From: Octopus vulgaris | Taxonomy: Eukaryota | Direction of reading: 5' to 3' | NCBI GenBank assembly: GCA_951406725.2 | Contig: OX597817.1 | Span: forward strand, 109,802,001 to 109,866,000 | DNA length: 64,000 nucleotides | Part shown: positions 1 through 13,927 of the stretch, piece after piece | Numbering within the stretch: position 1 is the stretch's first letter | Layout: each line of letters begins with the position of its first letter | Notes under the pieces: model-generated | Database searches by the model: none | What the model saw: the letters and a program-made list of their open reading frames with translations, nothing else | What the model was told of the DNA's origin: nothing | Made by a program: the position numbers and the translations under genes

Positions 1-660
1 GCTTTTTCCAACTGCGGAAAAAATAGCATTAGCTACTGAATCGCATGGAATCCTGAAACACCAAAAGTTTCCAAAATAAATGCGATTGCCATAAAAAGTG
101 TTTTCTTTCTAGAAATGTCAACTATTTACTTGATAAAATCGTGCTATAGATAGAAATATCTAAATACAGAAATATTTATTCGTCTCTATACGCTTTATTA
201 ACTTAATCTGGTTAATTAGTGTTTTAGAATCAGTCATCCGCGGAAATACACATATAGATATTGAATTCGCTGTGTATTAGGGTACGATAAGGAAATTTTT
301 GACTTGGAAACAAATATTAATTTAATGCTACCACTATCTATTTCAATAAAGAAAAAGTAATATTCGAACATTCATGGTTATCTATTTACACAATTCCAAC
401 TTAAACAGTAACTACCATAAACGTGTATTCTATTTACCACATTCTTATATTATGCTATTATTTTGTCTTTGAAATGAGGTTACGCTGGGACAGTGTCTTT
501 GAGCGTATTAGTAGATTTGGTCAATCTCAGTACTATATCTGGCGGATTATCATATCGGTTTCTATTTATTGAATGGCAAACTCAACATCAAGGTGGTAAA
601 TGAGTGGTTTAAATGCCACAATATATTTTTCGGCACAATACACTAATATATATAGATATA

Positions 661-1566
661 TCTAATACATATGTGGGAAATTCTGTCTATGGGTGCGTTT
701 GTGGAGTTGTTAGCTAACTCCTCCTACATCATTTTATCGATTTTGATGAAATTTGACAAGTGAGTAGAACACATGCCTGGAAACCTCAATACATACTCAG
801 ATTGTTAAAAATTGATAATAGGGCCCCTGGAATGGATCCTTGTTTATATCTAATAGATTTTAATTTAAAAACCAAGGGTAAATAACCCATTCGCCTCTGG
901 AAGGGATCCTTATATATAGCCACGGGAAATAACCCATTCATTTTCCTCAATTATTTGGTAAAAAGGAAATTGAGTATGCTTATTTCTTAATATTTGAACT
1001 GTTAGAATTATTTTCGCAATTTATCCTGTACAAGACTTAAACAAGTAAATAGTATTTTCCTAAACAATAGATCCACTTATTTCGGTTAGTGACTTATTCA
1101 CGAATATACCAACACTAGCGCCACTGAGAGCAATATTCCCTGGGAATGGACAAAATCCCTTTTTAGAGTTATTTACTTTGAATTGTTATCTCATATCTGA
1201 TTAGCCTGTCATTACGTAACATGCTTCACGATTTTAATATACATACCTTATTAGTATTTCCTCCTATGTTCTCTGTGAACGTATTAAAGTCATTTTCGAA
1301 GCTACTTTATTTGAATTCTTACTATCGGTTAACTAATTTCATGTTATTACATAACTGACGTCGCAATTTGGGTTTTCATAACTTATTAGGAATTCCTAAA
1401 ATCAAGATCCTGTGTAAGACAGTTCGCTGTTCTCTATAAATGCACAAACATTCTTCTATGGGCTACATGCTTTGTATTGTCGTTATCGGATCGGCGAACA
1501 ATTAAGAGAACGGAACCTAGTGTTAAACCCCGCTTTACCGGGAATTACCGGGTACTACGTCAGCTT

Positions 1567-1567
<1 letters not shown>
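661..1567 (+). mobile_element. Non-autonomous Helitron-like element
   Basis: Starts A|TC (tctaatacat...) with a 5' tract 'aactcctcctacatcattttatcgattttgatgaaattt' resembling invertebrate non-autonomous Helitron 5' ends. Ends in GC-rich 'ccgggaattaccgggtactacgtcagcttg|t' (CTAG decayed to CTTG). Inserted between A and T, with no TSD seen. Confidence 0.6.
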
Positions 1568-1611
<44 letters not shown>

Positions 1612-1632
1612 ATACACATATATATATATATA

Positions 1633-1700
1633 TTATTTTTATTTTTTATTTTATTTTATCTAGTTTCAGCTCACGAGCTGTGGCCATGCTAGGGCACCGC
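1633..1700 (-). mobile_element. ~70-bp retroposon 3'-tail fragment with stem-loop and (TAAAA)n tail, copy 1
   Basis: The minus strand reads gcggtgccctagcatggccacagctcgtgagctgaaactaga(taaaa)n. It matches 57358-57399 at 41/42 nt and is related to the 3' end of the SINE at 60362-60833. Confidence 0.75.
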
Positions 1701-1776
<76 letters not shown>

Positions 1777-1779
1777 TAT

Positions 1780-2071
1780 CTGCAGAATTGTATGTTTTCT
1801 TTTATGTATGTATTCTCATGCATATAGCTGCATGTCTAGACCTGCGCATATATTTTTAAATGATAAACATCTGGTAAGTTTTACAGATTTTAATAGTTCT
1901 CGTGGTGGCTTGGATCTGTAGTCTTCGCATTAACTTTCTCCTTTCTGGATTTGAGAAGCCTAATTTCTCAAGATTGGTATTTAGACAGTGTGTTACATAT
2001 CCCAGTGCTCCAATAATTACACGTATAAACCTGAACTTGCTATCTGGATAGATCAGCTCTAGATTCTTCAT
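1780..2071 (-). mobile_element. 5'-truncated 3' end of an RLE-type (R4/Dong-like) non-LTR retrotransposon
   Basis: ORF 1856-2071 'NLELIYPDSKFRFIRVIIGALGYVTHCLNTNLEKLG...IKICKT' matches the C-terminus of restriction-like endonuclease domains (IIGALG motif). A short 3' UTR follows, and (TATG)n flanks both sides. Confidence 0.75.
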
Positions 2072-2406
2072 ACATATGAATGTATGTATGCATGCATGTA
2101 TGTATGTCCAGAAAAATATATTCCCAAGGCACCCACGAAGCGTTGTTTAACCCATAGTCCTAGTATATGATGATTTTCCAAAGCGTTACGCAGTGCTATC
2201 AAAACTACCACCACATTGTTAAGCAGCAAACTTCTTAATCATACAGCTATGCCTGTACTAATTTAATTTCAATTTATTGTATTTTCCTTTGAGGATTAAT
2301 AGGTCGACCGTCAAATGAAATAGTAAATTGGTAAATACAGCAATATTCGAACCACGTAAAAAGAAACAATTCAGTGAAAACCTCCAGAAAGTATCTTATT
2401 CAATCA

Positions 2407-2464
2407 GAATGAATGAATGAATGAATGAATGAATGAATGAATGAATGAATGAATGAATGAATGA
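2407..2464. repeat. (GAAT)n microsatellite
   Basis: Direct reading. Confidence 0.95.
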
Positions 2465-3984
2465 GAGGAGTAGCAATAACTGATGATAAAGAAAGTAACT
2501 ACGAAAACTGCCGCAATGTCACTGGCAGGCTGATAAATAATCAAATATGATTCTTCATGTCAGAACTCTATTCTAAGGTATTCAGAATGTTCTACTGAAC
2601 AAGTTAGCTTTTGTGATTCAAATTTTAAAATGAGAAAGAAAATATCTTAATTAACAAATAATTCAGTCTGTATCCACAGAAGATGGTGTATCAGTAAATA
2701 TTCTGATATAACCAACTAGAATGAATGCAGCCGCCAGCTATTTTGCCTTCAGAAATAAATGAGAAGAATGTATTAATATATTTGCTTTATCTTTTTCGTT
2801 ATTGCAAAGCGAGATAGAGACGTCTCTTGGCAACAAAATGTAGCTTCTATTTAGTATCTTAAATCTAGATGAAAATTCATTGAAATATTAGTTCGTATAG
2901 AACCTAAGCTTATAATTCTATGATTAATCTAAGTTTCTTAAGATACCAGAATATATTGCTTGCGAAAAATTAAATAAATGATGGAAGTAGAAAAGATTAT
3001 TAAAACTTCCTTCGTCTATATAATATAATATATTCCATCGTCAATATTTTCTGTTAACTGCATTGACATGTATCATTCAGTGATAGGTAAATAATTTGAA
3101 CCGAATTTCTTTTTTTTTTTTTTTAGATAATATTGGGAAAATGATAACAGTATCAGGTTCACAATTTCCAATTGTAATGTCTTTATCTTTATAAGATAAA
3201 ACATGCTTGATGCTAAACTGTTAAATTATGTCTCTAAGACTGATTTTACAACATAACAAGGAGAAAACCAAAACATAATAACGTTCTTGAAAATGTTATT
3301 ATCAAAAAGAAAGAGCAACGAGCAAATAATATCAAATTAAGGCAAAATGGTGTCGAGAATACCATACCAGATTAATTTCGTGAAATCTATTCGAACATTC
3401 GAAGGAAGTTGATGTCTTGACCAGAATTCTTTTATTGCTCTCAGCTAACATCCAAGATCTAATTATGTAAGTGTAATTACCGTATGAAAATGAAGGCTTT
3501 TAAATATTTTCTTTTTAAAGAATACAGATGGTGCAAATTTATACTACAAAAACGATAACATTTTAATATCATTACTGGCGTATAGTTGGTTTTATGGTAG
3601 AGTATAGTGGGTTTTATGTATTCCTTTCCTTAATTGCATCCTTCAATATAATTACCTGTTCACAATTTCGTAAGCTATACGAACAAACATTCAATATTAT
3701 ACTCTGAAAAATACAAATAAAGCTCAAAAACAACGTGCCATTTTACACCTAACAACATAAAGCACTATAAAGTCATGTATTAGATTGTAAATCCTGATTC
3801 TACTCTTTGCTGAAATAGATATTACATTTAATAAAATACTTGGGAATGCGCCAATTTTCCTTAAACCATTTGGCAGTATCAAAATGATTTTGTTAGAGAT
3901 TCAAATATTTCATGGAAAAGTAGAGTGATAGACAAAATACCTAGTGATATTTTTATCTACATAACTTTCTGTTCTCGGTTCAAA

Positions 3985-4630
3985 TATTGGCGAGGCCAAC
4001 GTTTCATTAGTTCCAAACTTGGTGACGGAGGATAAAACATGAGCGTATCTTTATGACCCGGCTTAGTTCATGGAATGGTTAAAGAGCCAGTTAAAGTTAA
4101 TATGGGCATAGAAAGCCTGAGAAGTTAAAGAGCCAGTTAAAGTTAAGATGGGCATAGAAAGTCATGCTGGTAATTTTGAAAAAGGACAAGGGCATCGTTC
4201 TCCTTTATTTCCTGAAACGCAGCTGTACTGTGAACAGCGAACGGTACATTGAGACACTTAAGAGGATTAGAAAAGCCGTTAGGAAGAAGAGGCCGAAAAA
4301 GAACATGAAAGCGATCTACACTTACCATGATGATGTGCCACTACATACATCTTTGAAACAAATCTGTCAACAGGCAAAGCAAGTTGGTCAATGGATGACA
4401 AAAACGAGGTGAATGTGACTGTGAAGTGGTTACATGGAGTGGTTACAAGATCAGACATGAATTTTTTTCAAAGAGGATTCTAGAGTTGAGTTTAACGATG
4501 AGACAAATTCACTGCTTGTAATGGAAACTATGTTGAGTAATACGTTTGTATAACATGCACAATTTGAACGACCAAAGTTAGTTAATAGAAATGTTATGCT
4601 CGCCTTTACGTTACTTTCAGTACAACCCTT
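3985..4630 (+). mobile_element. Decayed mariner-type DNA transposon (transposase fragment plus 3' TIR)
   Basis: 'GDKT*AYLYDP' and 'KVMLVIL..KGIVLLYFLKRSCTVNSERYIETLKRIRKAVRKKRP...HDDVPLHTS' resemble the mariner DDD domain (GDETW, HDNARPH). TIR-like 'ttactttcagtacaaccct' lies at 4611-4629. There is an internal 46-bp-period duplication at 4078-4161. Confidence 0.85.
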
Positions 4631-6579
4631 CAGCTTAAAACACTGACATTACGGCCATATCTTTTTAATGATTTTATTGTTTCGTTTTTAAAAAAAAAAA
4701 ACATGGATATATTTCTTTCTTCCTCGTATCAAGTTAAGCATACAACTTCGAGATTATAATAAACTTAAATTGTATATCTTAAACAGACGCTGGTAAGATA
4801 TCCTTCAAAATATAGTGTTCTCCCAAAATTTTATTTTTATTATGCATGTTTTCATGTTTTTCCTTGTTTCTTGTCTTGTATATTTTATAGTAGAATATCA
4901 ATGTATTTTGGAGTTGAGATAAGCTGGTAAGCATTAGGTTAGGTATCTATTTAAACGACTTACCTATTTTTATATTTTTTCTTTCGGCGTTAATGAACAT
5001 CATTTTATATTGTAACATCATTTTATATTGCAGGCTAATTGGAAACCATATGGTGTACCTGAGTTTTAAAAAAAATACTTATAAACTTACATATGGATAC
5101 AGGTTAACAATAACTGTATATATCAAAATTCCAGTTAAACTATATGTGTGTGAATTATGTGCGTGTTCATTATGTGTGTGAATGTGTGCATGTGCCTGTT
5201 ACCTCGTGCGGCTGGATAAAACAAGGTACACTATGAAAGCAAAAGAAAGAGATGCCAATTAGTCGATTTAATTTTCCGCACTTGTAGTGGATACTAATTG
5301 TTCTGAAGATTCTAGAAACTGGCTCAGTACGTTGTGAGAAAAAATGAATTTTTCTCCAAAAGCATTAAATAGATATTTATTGGATGCTAGATTGCAAAAG
5401 CGTCAAACCAAATTTGCATTCATAAACCATTTATGAAAACTTTAACGATCTACAATTTCAGAACTACTGATCTCTCTAGGAATTTTATATTCCGATATAT
5501 TCTTGACACAAATCAACACATGATGATTTGTGATGTTTACTACAAGTGGATTAAGTGGAATAAGCACGCATAACCTCTTTATTAACCTTCTATAACACAT
5601 ATCTGTTGAGCCGCATGCCGAAATATTTAACATAATCATTCTTTTGATTAAACAGTTGTTTATTTGTGTTACTATGCCTGAGTAAAGAGATTATAGTTGG
5701 TGGAAAGGAATTTTTATATCATCAACTTAACTAACCAATTACTTTAACTCAACAGTTTTCTTCTTCCCAACGAAATGATTTGTTTTAGAATTTTGATTGG
5801 CACTAATATTACTTGTCATTGTTTCTGATTATTTAAGTGTTAAATGGTATTATCAACAATTCGTTTATTTGGCAACGAATTACAAAGCAAATATTTTGCA
5901 GAGAAGAAAGAAGCAGTCAATTAAATCGACACGAAAATTAATAGTATTTCTTCCTGGACCCCACATTGAGAGATTAAAAGCAAGGTCAACCAAACCGTGA
6001 ACTGGACTAGAATTCCTTAAACTGAGATTCTAGAGTGTGTGTCAGTTTCTTCTTAGTAATGAGTTTCTTACTTGTCGGTATTCATCACTAGTATCACTAA
6101 TATTCGTTAACATTAAAGGGTGTTGCAGAAATGTCACAGCGCAGATCATTTCTCTAAATTCTGAATTCAAATCCAATAGAGGTTATCTTTGAGTTTTCAA
6201 ACATGTTAGACTTACATAGTGGGATCGATTAAGTTGACTAAATCATAGTCTCTGTATGCTGTGGTTTTTTGCTAAGTTATAAATCAGTAAAATGAATTTT
6301 GATGTTTGGCATCTGAGAACAGGCAAGTTATGGCATTTGTTTTATATCATGTGTTGCCTCAAACTCCTGAAACCAATGCCCACATTGACTTTCAGCTAAA
6401 TGGAATCATTAAAATTATCTTAATGGACTTGAGCCAACTCATTCACTGACTGTTGCTTTCAGTATAAATGTAGTTATTTCTTATCAAAAGTAAAATGCTA
6501 ATTAGCCACATTGCTTATATATGTTGACAAGAATAATGAAAAAAACCTCACACATCAAACGATGAAGAAGAAGGTTTGT

Positions 6580-6641
6580 ATTGTGAAATTGTGATGTCGG
6601 TGTCTTCTTCCTGAAAGGCATCAACATCGCAATTTCACAAT
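6580..6641 (+). repeat. 62-nt hairpin (27-bp stem)
   Basis: attgtgaaattgtgatgtcggtgtctt pairs with aaggcatcaacatcgcaatttcacaat, with three G-U pairs and one mismatch on the + strand. Confidence 0.85.
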
Positions 6642-7853
6642 CCCTCATTTAAAAATTGATAATTCTTGCTTTTATAACGAAAAACATATACTGATCGAGA
6701 TAGGCCTAATTTGTTACGCTGTTTAACACCACCATTTGGGTCTGACCGCTTTTTATGGAGTCTACCCTGGGGAGAAATAAGTGTATTCACTACTTCCTAA
6801 TTCAGAAACTCTTGAGTTGTTTATTTCCTCCCATCCACATTCCATTCTCAAAGGTTCTGCAAAATTCAAGTGTGTTGTTTTTCTTCCTCTGACTGAGCGG
6901 TAAAAATATCCTTCATTAAATTGAATGCGCGCAGGCGTGCATATGGTGCGTGTGTGTGTGTGTGTGTGTTTAAGTAAGAATTCTAGAGTGAAATTCTTAT
7001 CTTCGTCCGATATGAATAGGCTGCTGTTTTTATCTATCAAATTCTGAAGTCGGAATATTGTAAAGTGCACTAATGCAAGGCAAATTGTTAGATTGATATT
7101 ACTACCTATGCAAAATTGTTGCTAAATCTACGTTACAGAAAATGCAGATAAAATTAGCAAAGAAATTGATACTTATTAACCGGGGAGCAGAATCTTTTAA
7201 AATGTAATATGAAATTGCTGATAACAAAGAGCAAGAATAGTTTGCGTGACAGAATACCCGCTTCTTCGATATCTATATTGTTAATAAACACACAAGCGTT
7301 TTATATAACTCTGTTCTCATACGTAACACAGAGCAAAATGCACCTGGCTTGCTATTTTTCCAATAAATATTTAGAAATAGAAATCCAATTGAAAATTATA
7401 GCAATCAATTTACAATAGAAAAACTTTAGTTTCTTTGAAAATTGAATTACAATATTAATAACATAATTCTATTCACACAGAGCAATATATTTTTAAGGAA
7501 ATATTCCTGATATTCATAACACACAAAACATTCTAGTTTCTCTATCTTCACTCTGTACATCTGTTTACAATGAGGCTTCGAAAACTTCAAATATCTAACT
7601 TATACGTATATTTTAAATGAATATTTAAATCTAAACCATCAATAATGCAAACTAATCCGAAGTTTGTTATATTTTGTACCAAACATAAAAGAAAATTTGT
7701 TTGCATGTATTCTTATTAATATGTTACCAATATCAGTTGAATGAAGCATTTTGTAGTGTGAACGGTAATTAAATACCTTAGAATTTCAGAGCAATGACAC
7801 ATCTGTGATATATGTGAATGTACCCCACCACACAGGCGCACATATATGTATAT

Positions 7854-7934
<81 letters not shown>

Positions 7935-8144
7935 GTATGTATGTATGTATGTGTGTGAGAGAGTATATACATGTGTGTGTCTATATATACATATATATAT
8001 ATATACAAAGTATGGGGGCTTAGTCCTAAGGTGATCTAAGCGAATAGGTACGGTAGGTAAGTGCTGTAACGGATTACTGGGACTCCAATGTTACAGCTGA
8101 GACTGTAGTTATGGAGCCATTGTAGATTTCCGATATAGCGGATA

Positions 8145-8375
8145 TATAATTGTTAAAGAGGACAGCAAGCATTAAGGCAAGGCAAACATCTCAAGTCATA
8201 TACATTATTATTACTGGAAAAAATTCAAAGTGTTACAGCTGTTTCTGGGATATCCCATACTTTGGGATAACCCAAAAACAGCTGTAAGACTTTGAATTAC
8301 TTCCAATAATAATAGTGTATATGACTTCAGATATTTGCCTTGCCTTAACGTTTGTTGTCCTCTTTAACAATTATA
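8145..8375. repeat. Foldback palindrome (~113-bp arms, ~5-nt loop) with a mirrored hammerhead 3' half; probable Penelope-like remnant
   Basis: The arms are reverse complements. tacagctgtttc (8234-8245) is the reverse complement of GAAACAGCTGTA, and the right arm has aaaacagctgta. Confidence 0.85.
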
Positions 8376-9479
8376 CACACACACACACACACACATATAA
8401 GTGTGTGTGTGTGTGTGTGTGAGTGTGTGTGTGTGCGTGCGTGCGTGATTGCATCTAAACTAGCGAATACTTTGAAGTACCTAAACATCATGGGTGTAAT
8501 TATCAGGATTTCAAATGGACACAGAGAAGCTTGAATATAGTTTTAAAAGATTATTCTTACTAATTTCAAATAATAACATATGACCAATTCTCAGGCAAAA
8601 AGTAATGAAATTCCAAATATATGAACAGCAAGAGAAATAAACAAATAGCTTTATTTCCCCAAAAATATGCAACACGATATATGTTCGAATATTTTACTAT
8701 CCTTGTGCAAGTTTATAATCATAAAGACAATCGTACAGGACATATAATTAATAGATTTATGCTTTCAGAATTATTAAGACCTTGAGGATAATCAAATTAA
8801 ATATGAAACAAAAGTAACAGATTAATTTTAAAACACGCCTTAAATATGTTCAGAAAAACTTTACATTCTAAGGGAAATATTTTGCAGATTAATCAAGTTT
8901 GAAACTTAGAATTTTGTTTTCTAAATTTTTAAAGTAATTGTAACTATACGGGTAGATACAGTTTGCCTGACGATCAGATTTGAGAACAGATAAGAAGATC
9001 CTATATGAAAGTTAATCAAAGAGGAGTGTTCTATGCAGATCGTATCGAAACATCCCTACTGAGGATAAGTTCATTAAACTTATGCTACGAGATTCGACCG
9101 AGTTTCAACAGTCAAATATCAATAAATCCAGGAATTCTTTATTCCCATACTAATCCAGTTGTCTTGTTCAGCTTCGCTAACAGCCTGCAAGAAATCGAGA
9201 CACAGTTTCATTATTCCATGACCTAGATTATACCTAAATAAAATCAATAAGATCTTTGAATTCATAGATTGCAAATAAAGCACAAAAGCATTCCTTAAAT
9301 GACCTAAATTCATAGTATGAAGGTCACCTCACTCAAAGTGACGAAATAAAAATCAGGATTTCAAAGTTGCCATACATTGTAAGCATCCTACAACCAAAGG
9401 AAACAAAGATACCATTGAGTCGAAAGCTCGATCCTCTCTATGATAATGTATTACGACAGTCAAAGACGGACAAAGAAAC

Positions 9480-9578
<99 letters not shown>

Positions 9579-9634
9579 AGACAGACAGACAGACAGACAG
9601 ACAGGCATGCAGGCGGGCAGACAGACAGACAGAT

Positions 9635-9696
<62 letters not shown>

Positions 9697-9725
9697 GATA
9701 CATACATATCTACCTACATACATAC
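9480..9725 (+). repeat. Compound (GATA)n/(GACA)n microsatellite
   Basis: Direct reading. Confidence 0.95.
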
Positions 9726-10454
9726 GTATGCCGTACATACATGTCAACGGACATGCCTTTATCACTGAACCTGAACCTGTCGGCCAGCTAGATATGTACG
9801 TCAACCTATGCCTAAATATTTTTGACAGTTTACTTTAAAGTGTCCTTATTATTATAATTTCTTTCAAGCCACCGTTATTTCATTACTACTTATTCATCAA
9901 CGAAGCGAAGTTACCTTTAAATCCCACGAAAGAATACTAACTATAATAAAATTCAAGCATCATCTCTCTATCAAATCATTTTAGCGAGGGGAGGTAATTA
10001 CAAAGCTGATCTTAATTATGGAAAAATATCAGAGCCCACATTAGCATAGATTTCAGTGAAAAATTCTTAAAATAATAGAGTAATACTGATTTAATTACAT
10101 GCTGTTTCTGACTTGAAAGCTAAAATCATTGATTAACGTGTATTCTGGATCAAAGAGGTATGGATTATCAAACATTGACGTAAAAATTTGGTTCTGGAAA
10201 CGTTTCAGAAAGTAGAACTAAAGCATCAAAAGAGATTATCAATTTAGGTTATTTCTGCGACACTTAATTAATTCAATGATCTATCAGATTTATGTGTAAG
10301 ACACGCAAATTTTTATATAAATGTTCATACATAGATACGAACATATGTATATACATGGTTTTATCTGTGCCGAAGATGGGTTTTTTTATGTATGCCGCAG
10401 TCTACATAAATAACGTAATGTATGTATAAACGTAATGTATGTATAAACGTATAA

Positions 10455-10668
10455 TGGTTTCAAATTTGGGCACAAGGGCAGAAATTTTGAGGGGCGAATA
10501 AATCGATTACATTGACCCCAGGTTTTAACTGGTGCTTATTTTATCGACTCAGAAAGGATGAAACACAAAGTCAACTTCGGCAGAATTTGAACTCAGAATG
10601 TGAAGACAGACCAAATGCCGCTAAGCATTTTGCCTGGCGTGCTAACGATTCTGTTGGCTCACCGCCTC
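10455..10668 (-). mobile_element. SINE family A copy
   Basis: Reverse complement aligns to the copies at 11598, 58681 and 63579 (ggcggtgagc...gagttcaaatt...tttcatcctttc...gtcgataaaataag). Confidence 0.85.
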
Positions 10669-10933
10669 GTCTATAAACTTATAATAACATTGAATACGTG
10701 GCTATCCGTATATAAGTATGTGTATAATGTGCTCATCTCTGTGTGTGTATGTGAATTTTATGCATTTATGTATAAACATGTTTAAATATGTATATACACA
10801 GCGAGTGGTGGATAGCAAAACATTCTCTTCACATTAATCACATTCGCAAGTCTGAATTCCTGTCTTTAAAGATGTCCAACGTTTCCACCCGCACCACAAA
10901 ATTAGGGTTTTCATGACCAATTGAAAATAATTC

Positions 10934-11012
<79 letters not shown>

Positions 11013-11597
11013 ATTTTTGTAAGTGTACGAGTGCGTACGCATGACTTACATCTGAAGGATTACGTAGAAAGTTTAAGAAGAGTATCATATTTATTTTGAC
11101 AAGGTTATGACACAATGATTTATTTTTGCGAGTTGTAGTTCCATTAGAGGTGTCGGAGCCACAACCGATGCAACCTCGAAGTCACTATAACTATTTTTCT
11201 TTAATGCATGTATGTATTTAATCATCACTAACGAACTTCTACTCGGAAAGAAAGCGTAACCAATGGGTTCAAATTCAAGATCCATAAGTGTTTTGTCCGC
11301 AATTTTATACGCACATAATCATTTACACAATTTTTATGTATTCATCATTTTTGGTTAGCCCAGGCATAACATAGTCCGTTGCATCTCTCATGATTTCAAA
11401 GCGTTAAGGTGCGATCACAGGAAAGTTCATTTGATATTTACAACAGGTAGAGTGACAACGAAGAGGTTCCTGCATGTGCCGTCTTGTGTAGTATTTAGTG
11501 TTGTTTGTGGCATCGCCTTTGGTCCTATTTCCGTTGTCATTCCCGATCAACTCGATGAAGTAGCTTTGACCATTTTGTCATTATACTAGTAAGACGA

Positions 11598-11831
11598 AAG
11601 GCGGCGAGCCGGTAGAAACGTTAGCACGCCGGGCGAAATGCGAAGCCGTATTTCGTCTATCGTTACGTTCCGAGTTCAAATTCCGCCGAGGTCGACTTTG
11701 CCTTTCATCCTTTCGAGGTCGATAAATTAAGTACCAGTTACGCACTGGGGTCGTGTAATCGACTTAATCCCTTTGTCTGCCCTTGTTTGTCCCCTCTATG
11801 TTTAACTCCTTGTGGGTAGTAAAGAAATATA
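11598..11831 (+). mobile_element. SINE family A copy (tRNA-like head, Meta-domain-like centre) with a 16-bp TSD
   Basis: B-box-like gagttcaaattcc and central gcctttcatcctttcgaggtcgataaa. TSD tatactagtaagacga (11582-11597) / tatacttgtaagacga (11832-11847). It interrupts an older repeat spanning ~11540-11945. Confidence 0.9.
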
Positions 11832-12792
11832 TATACTTGTAAGACGACTACACTGTCTAATGTGTCCTTTCTATGTTTAAGGAGGTGGAGCGTGATATGA
11901 TAAAGATACGGTGCATATTTCTAGTAGGTGAATCGACTATATAATTATTGTTGATTGGTCTAGATCACTATTAATAAAGTGTATTTTTGGCCAAAGACTT
12001 TCCAGTCTTGAACATTCTATTTTATTTCCAAACCTATTATCTCCAAAACTATATCATATAATATGTTCGGTAATGCCACAGAGTAGGTTTTTCAGTGAGA
12101 TTTGGCTGGTATTGTTTGAAGCTAAATCCGTTTCTAATGTAAACATTGGCACATTTTTACCTGGTAGGTAAAAATTTGATCCTTAAAAGCATCACTTTTT
12201 TTCAAAACAGTTGTTTGTGTTTCCTTCCTCTGGTAATAGAACATAATTTAACTTCAATAACAACAGCGTTCAGTGTCAAATTGTAATATATTTTTAAACA
12301 ACTAGACGATCCCCTGAGATAAGAGAAAAAGTTAGAATGATATAATGTATCCGTATGTGAATATCTAAGAATGCATCAAAATTGCGTTCCTATGGATCAT
12401 GTGAGATATCCCTTGTCTTTCAAACATAAAGTCAAAAGACAAGCAAAGCCAGGGTTTCTCTCTCGTTGACACGTCTAATGAAAAGCCTTTTCTGGTAGCA
12501 CATTCTCATCGAGATTTGATTATTTAGAACCACCACATTCAGTGACCAGGCTCTGAGATTTATGTTGTTGATATGTTCAGTAATAATTTGTTTCATAGAT
12601 TTCCAGTTATGATGGAGACTTGCTACTATTAGTTATAGGATAAATAAATGAAACCAGAAGTAATCTCCAAGCTAGTACTTTCATAATATTTGAAGACTAT
12701 ACGTAGATACGCAAAATGCACACATATACATACACATACAAACACACACATATATACACACACATACACGCACACACGTATACATACATATG

Positions 12793-13637
12793 CAGGTTAC
12801 GATGGGTAAATTGTCACCATTTATATTTTTACTTCGCGTATGCGCATTGTTTGTTTTTGATTTTGTCAACTACACAATATAGTAGGGTCAACTGGGCACC
12901 GTCTGTAAGAAAAACAGCATCATGACGCAATTCATTCTGCCAGAGATTTGGAAATGACATGCTGTACTAATTGACACTCAAACCGAAAGCTTCAATACGA
13001 ACATTTCAGTGTTTAGGTGTCAATCTGAGGACAGTGCAATCTGAGGACATGTACCGAGAATGATAATATTCAAAAATCCAGTCAACATCATTGTTTGGAG
13101 TGATCACTAATGATGGCGACCATTCATCATCCCGCACGCCTCAAACTCAACACGAAGGCCTACATCAAGTGCCTGAAGAGGTAGTATTTCCCTGGATCAA
13201 GAGGATGGCTGATAGAAGACACTATGTCTGGCAACAGGACTCTGCAACATGCCGCATGAGCAGAAGAGCCCAGTCATGGCTGTCAGACAATTTCTGCGAC
13301 CTAACTACCCAGACTGAAACCCCTTGATTATAATGTGTCGGGTGCAGTTGAGTGAGAGACTAATAAAACTACTTGTAACGCCAAATATGAACTGAAGGCA
13401 AGATTTATGGCAGCATTCACTAACTTAAACAAGAAGACTGTCCTGAAGAGTTGCAGGAGATTCCGAAGTCATATGCAGACCGTGTTAGAAGCGAATGGCG
13501 ATTTTATTGAACAAATTTACTGTTTAGTGTTCCAAGATATTTTTATGTAATTTTGGTAAATATATCTGTTAAAATGAGATGTCAGTTTTATATTCATTTT
13601 TGCGCAATTTAAACGATAGTTTATTCATTGCACGCTG
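12793..13637 (+). mobile_element. Internally deleted Tc1/mariner-superfamily (maT/DD37D-like) transposon
   Basis: Frameshifted transposase 'FGVITNDGD...EEVVFPWIKRMADRRHYVWQQDSATCRMSRRAQSWLSDNF...PLDYNV...LEANGDFIE'. Degenerate TIRs caggttacgatgggtaaattgtc / gatagtttattcattgcacgctg, followed by TA. Confidence 0.85.
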
Positions 13638-13721
13638 TACATATATGTATGTGTGTATACATATTTAGTTATGAGTTTCCGTAATGTATGTATTTGCACG
13701 CTAGCATGCGTGAATGTATCA

Positions 13722-13754
13722 CAGACAGACAGACAGTAAGATAGACAGACAGAC

Positions 13755-13837
<83 letters not shown>

Positions 13838-13842
13838 CAGAC

Positions 13843-13925
<83 letters not shown>

Positions 13926-13927
13926 CA
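13722..13927 (+). repeat. (GATA)n/(GACA)n microsatellite
   Basis: Direct reading. Confidence 0.95.
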
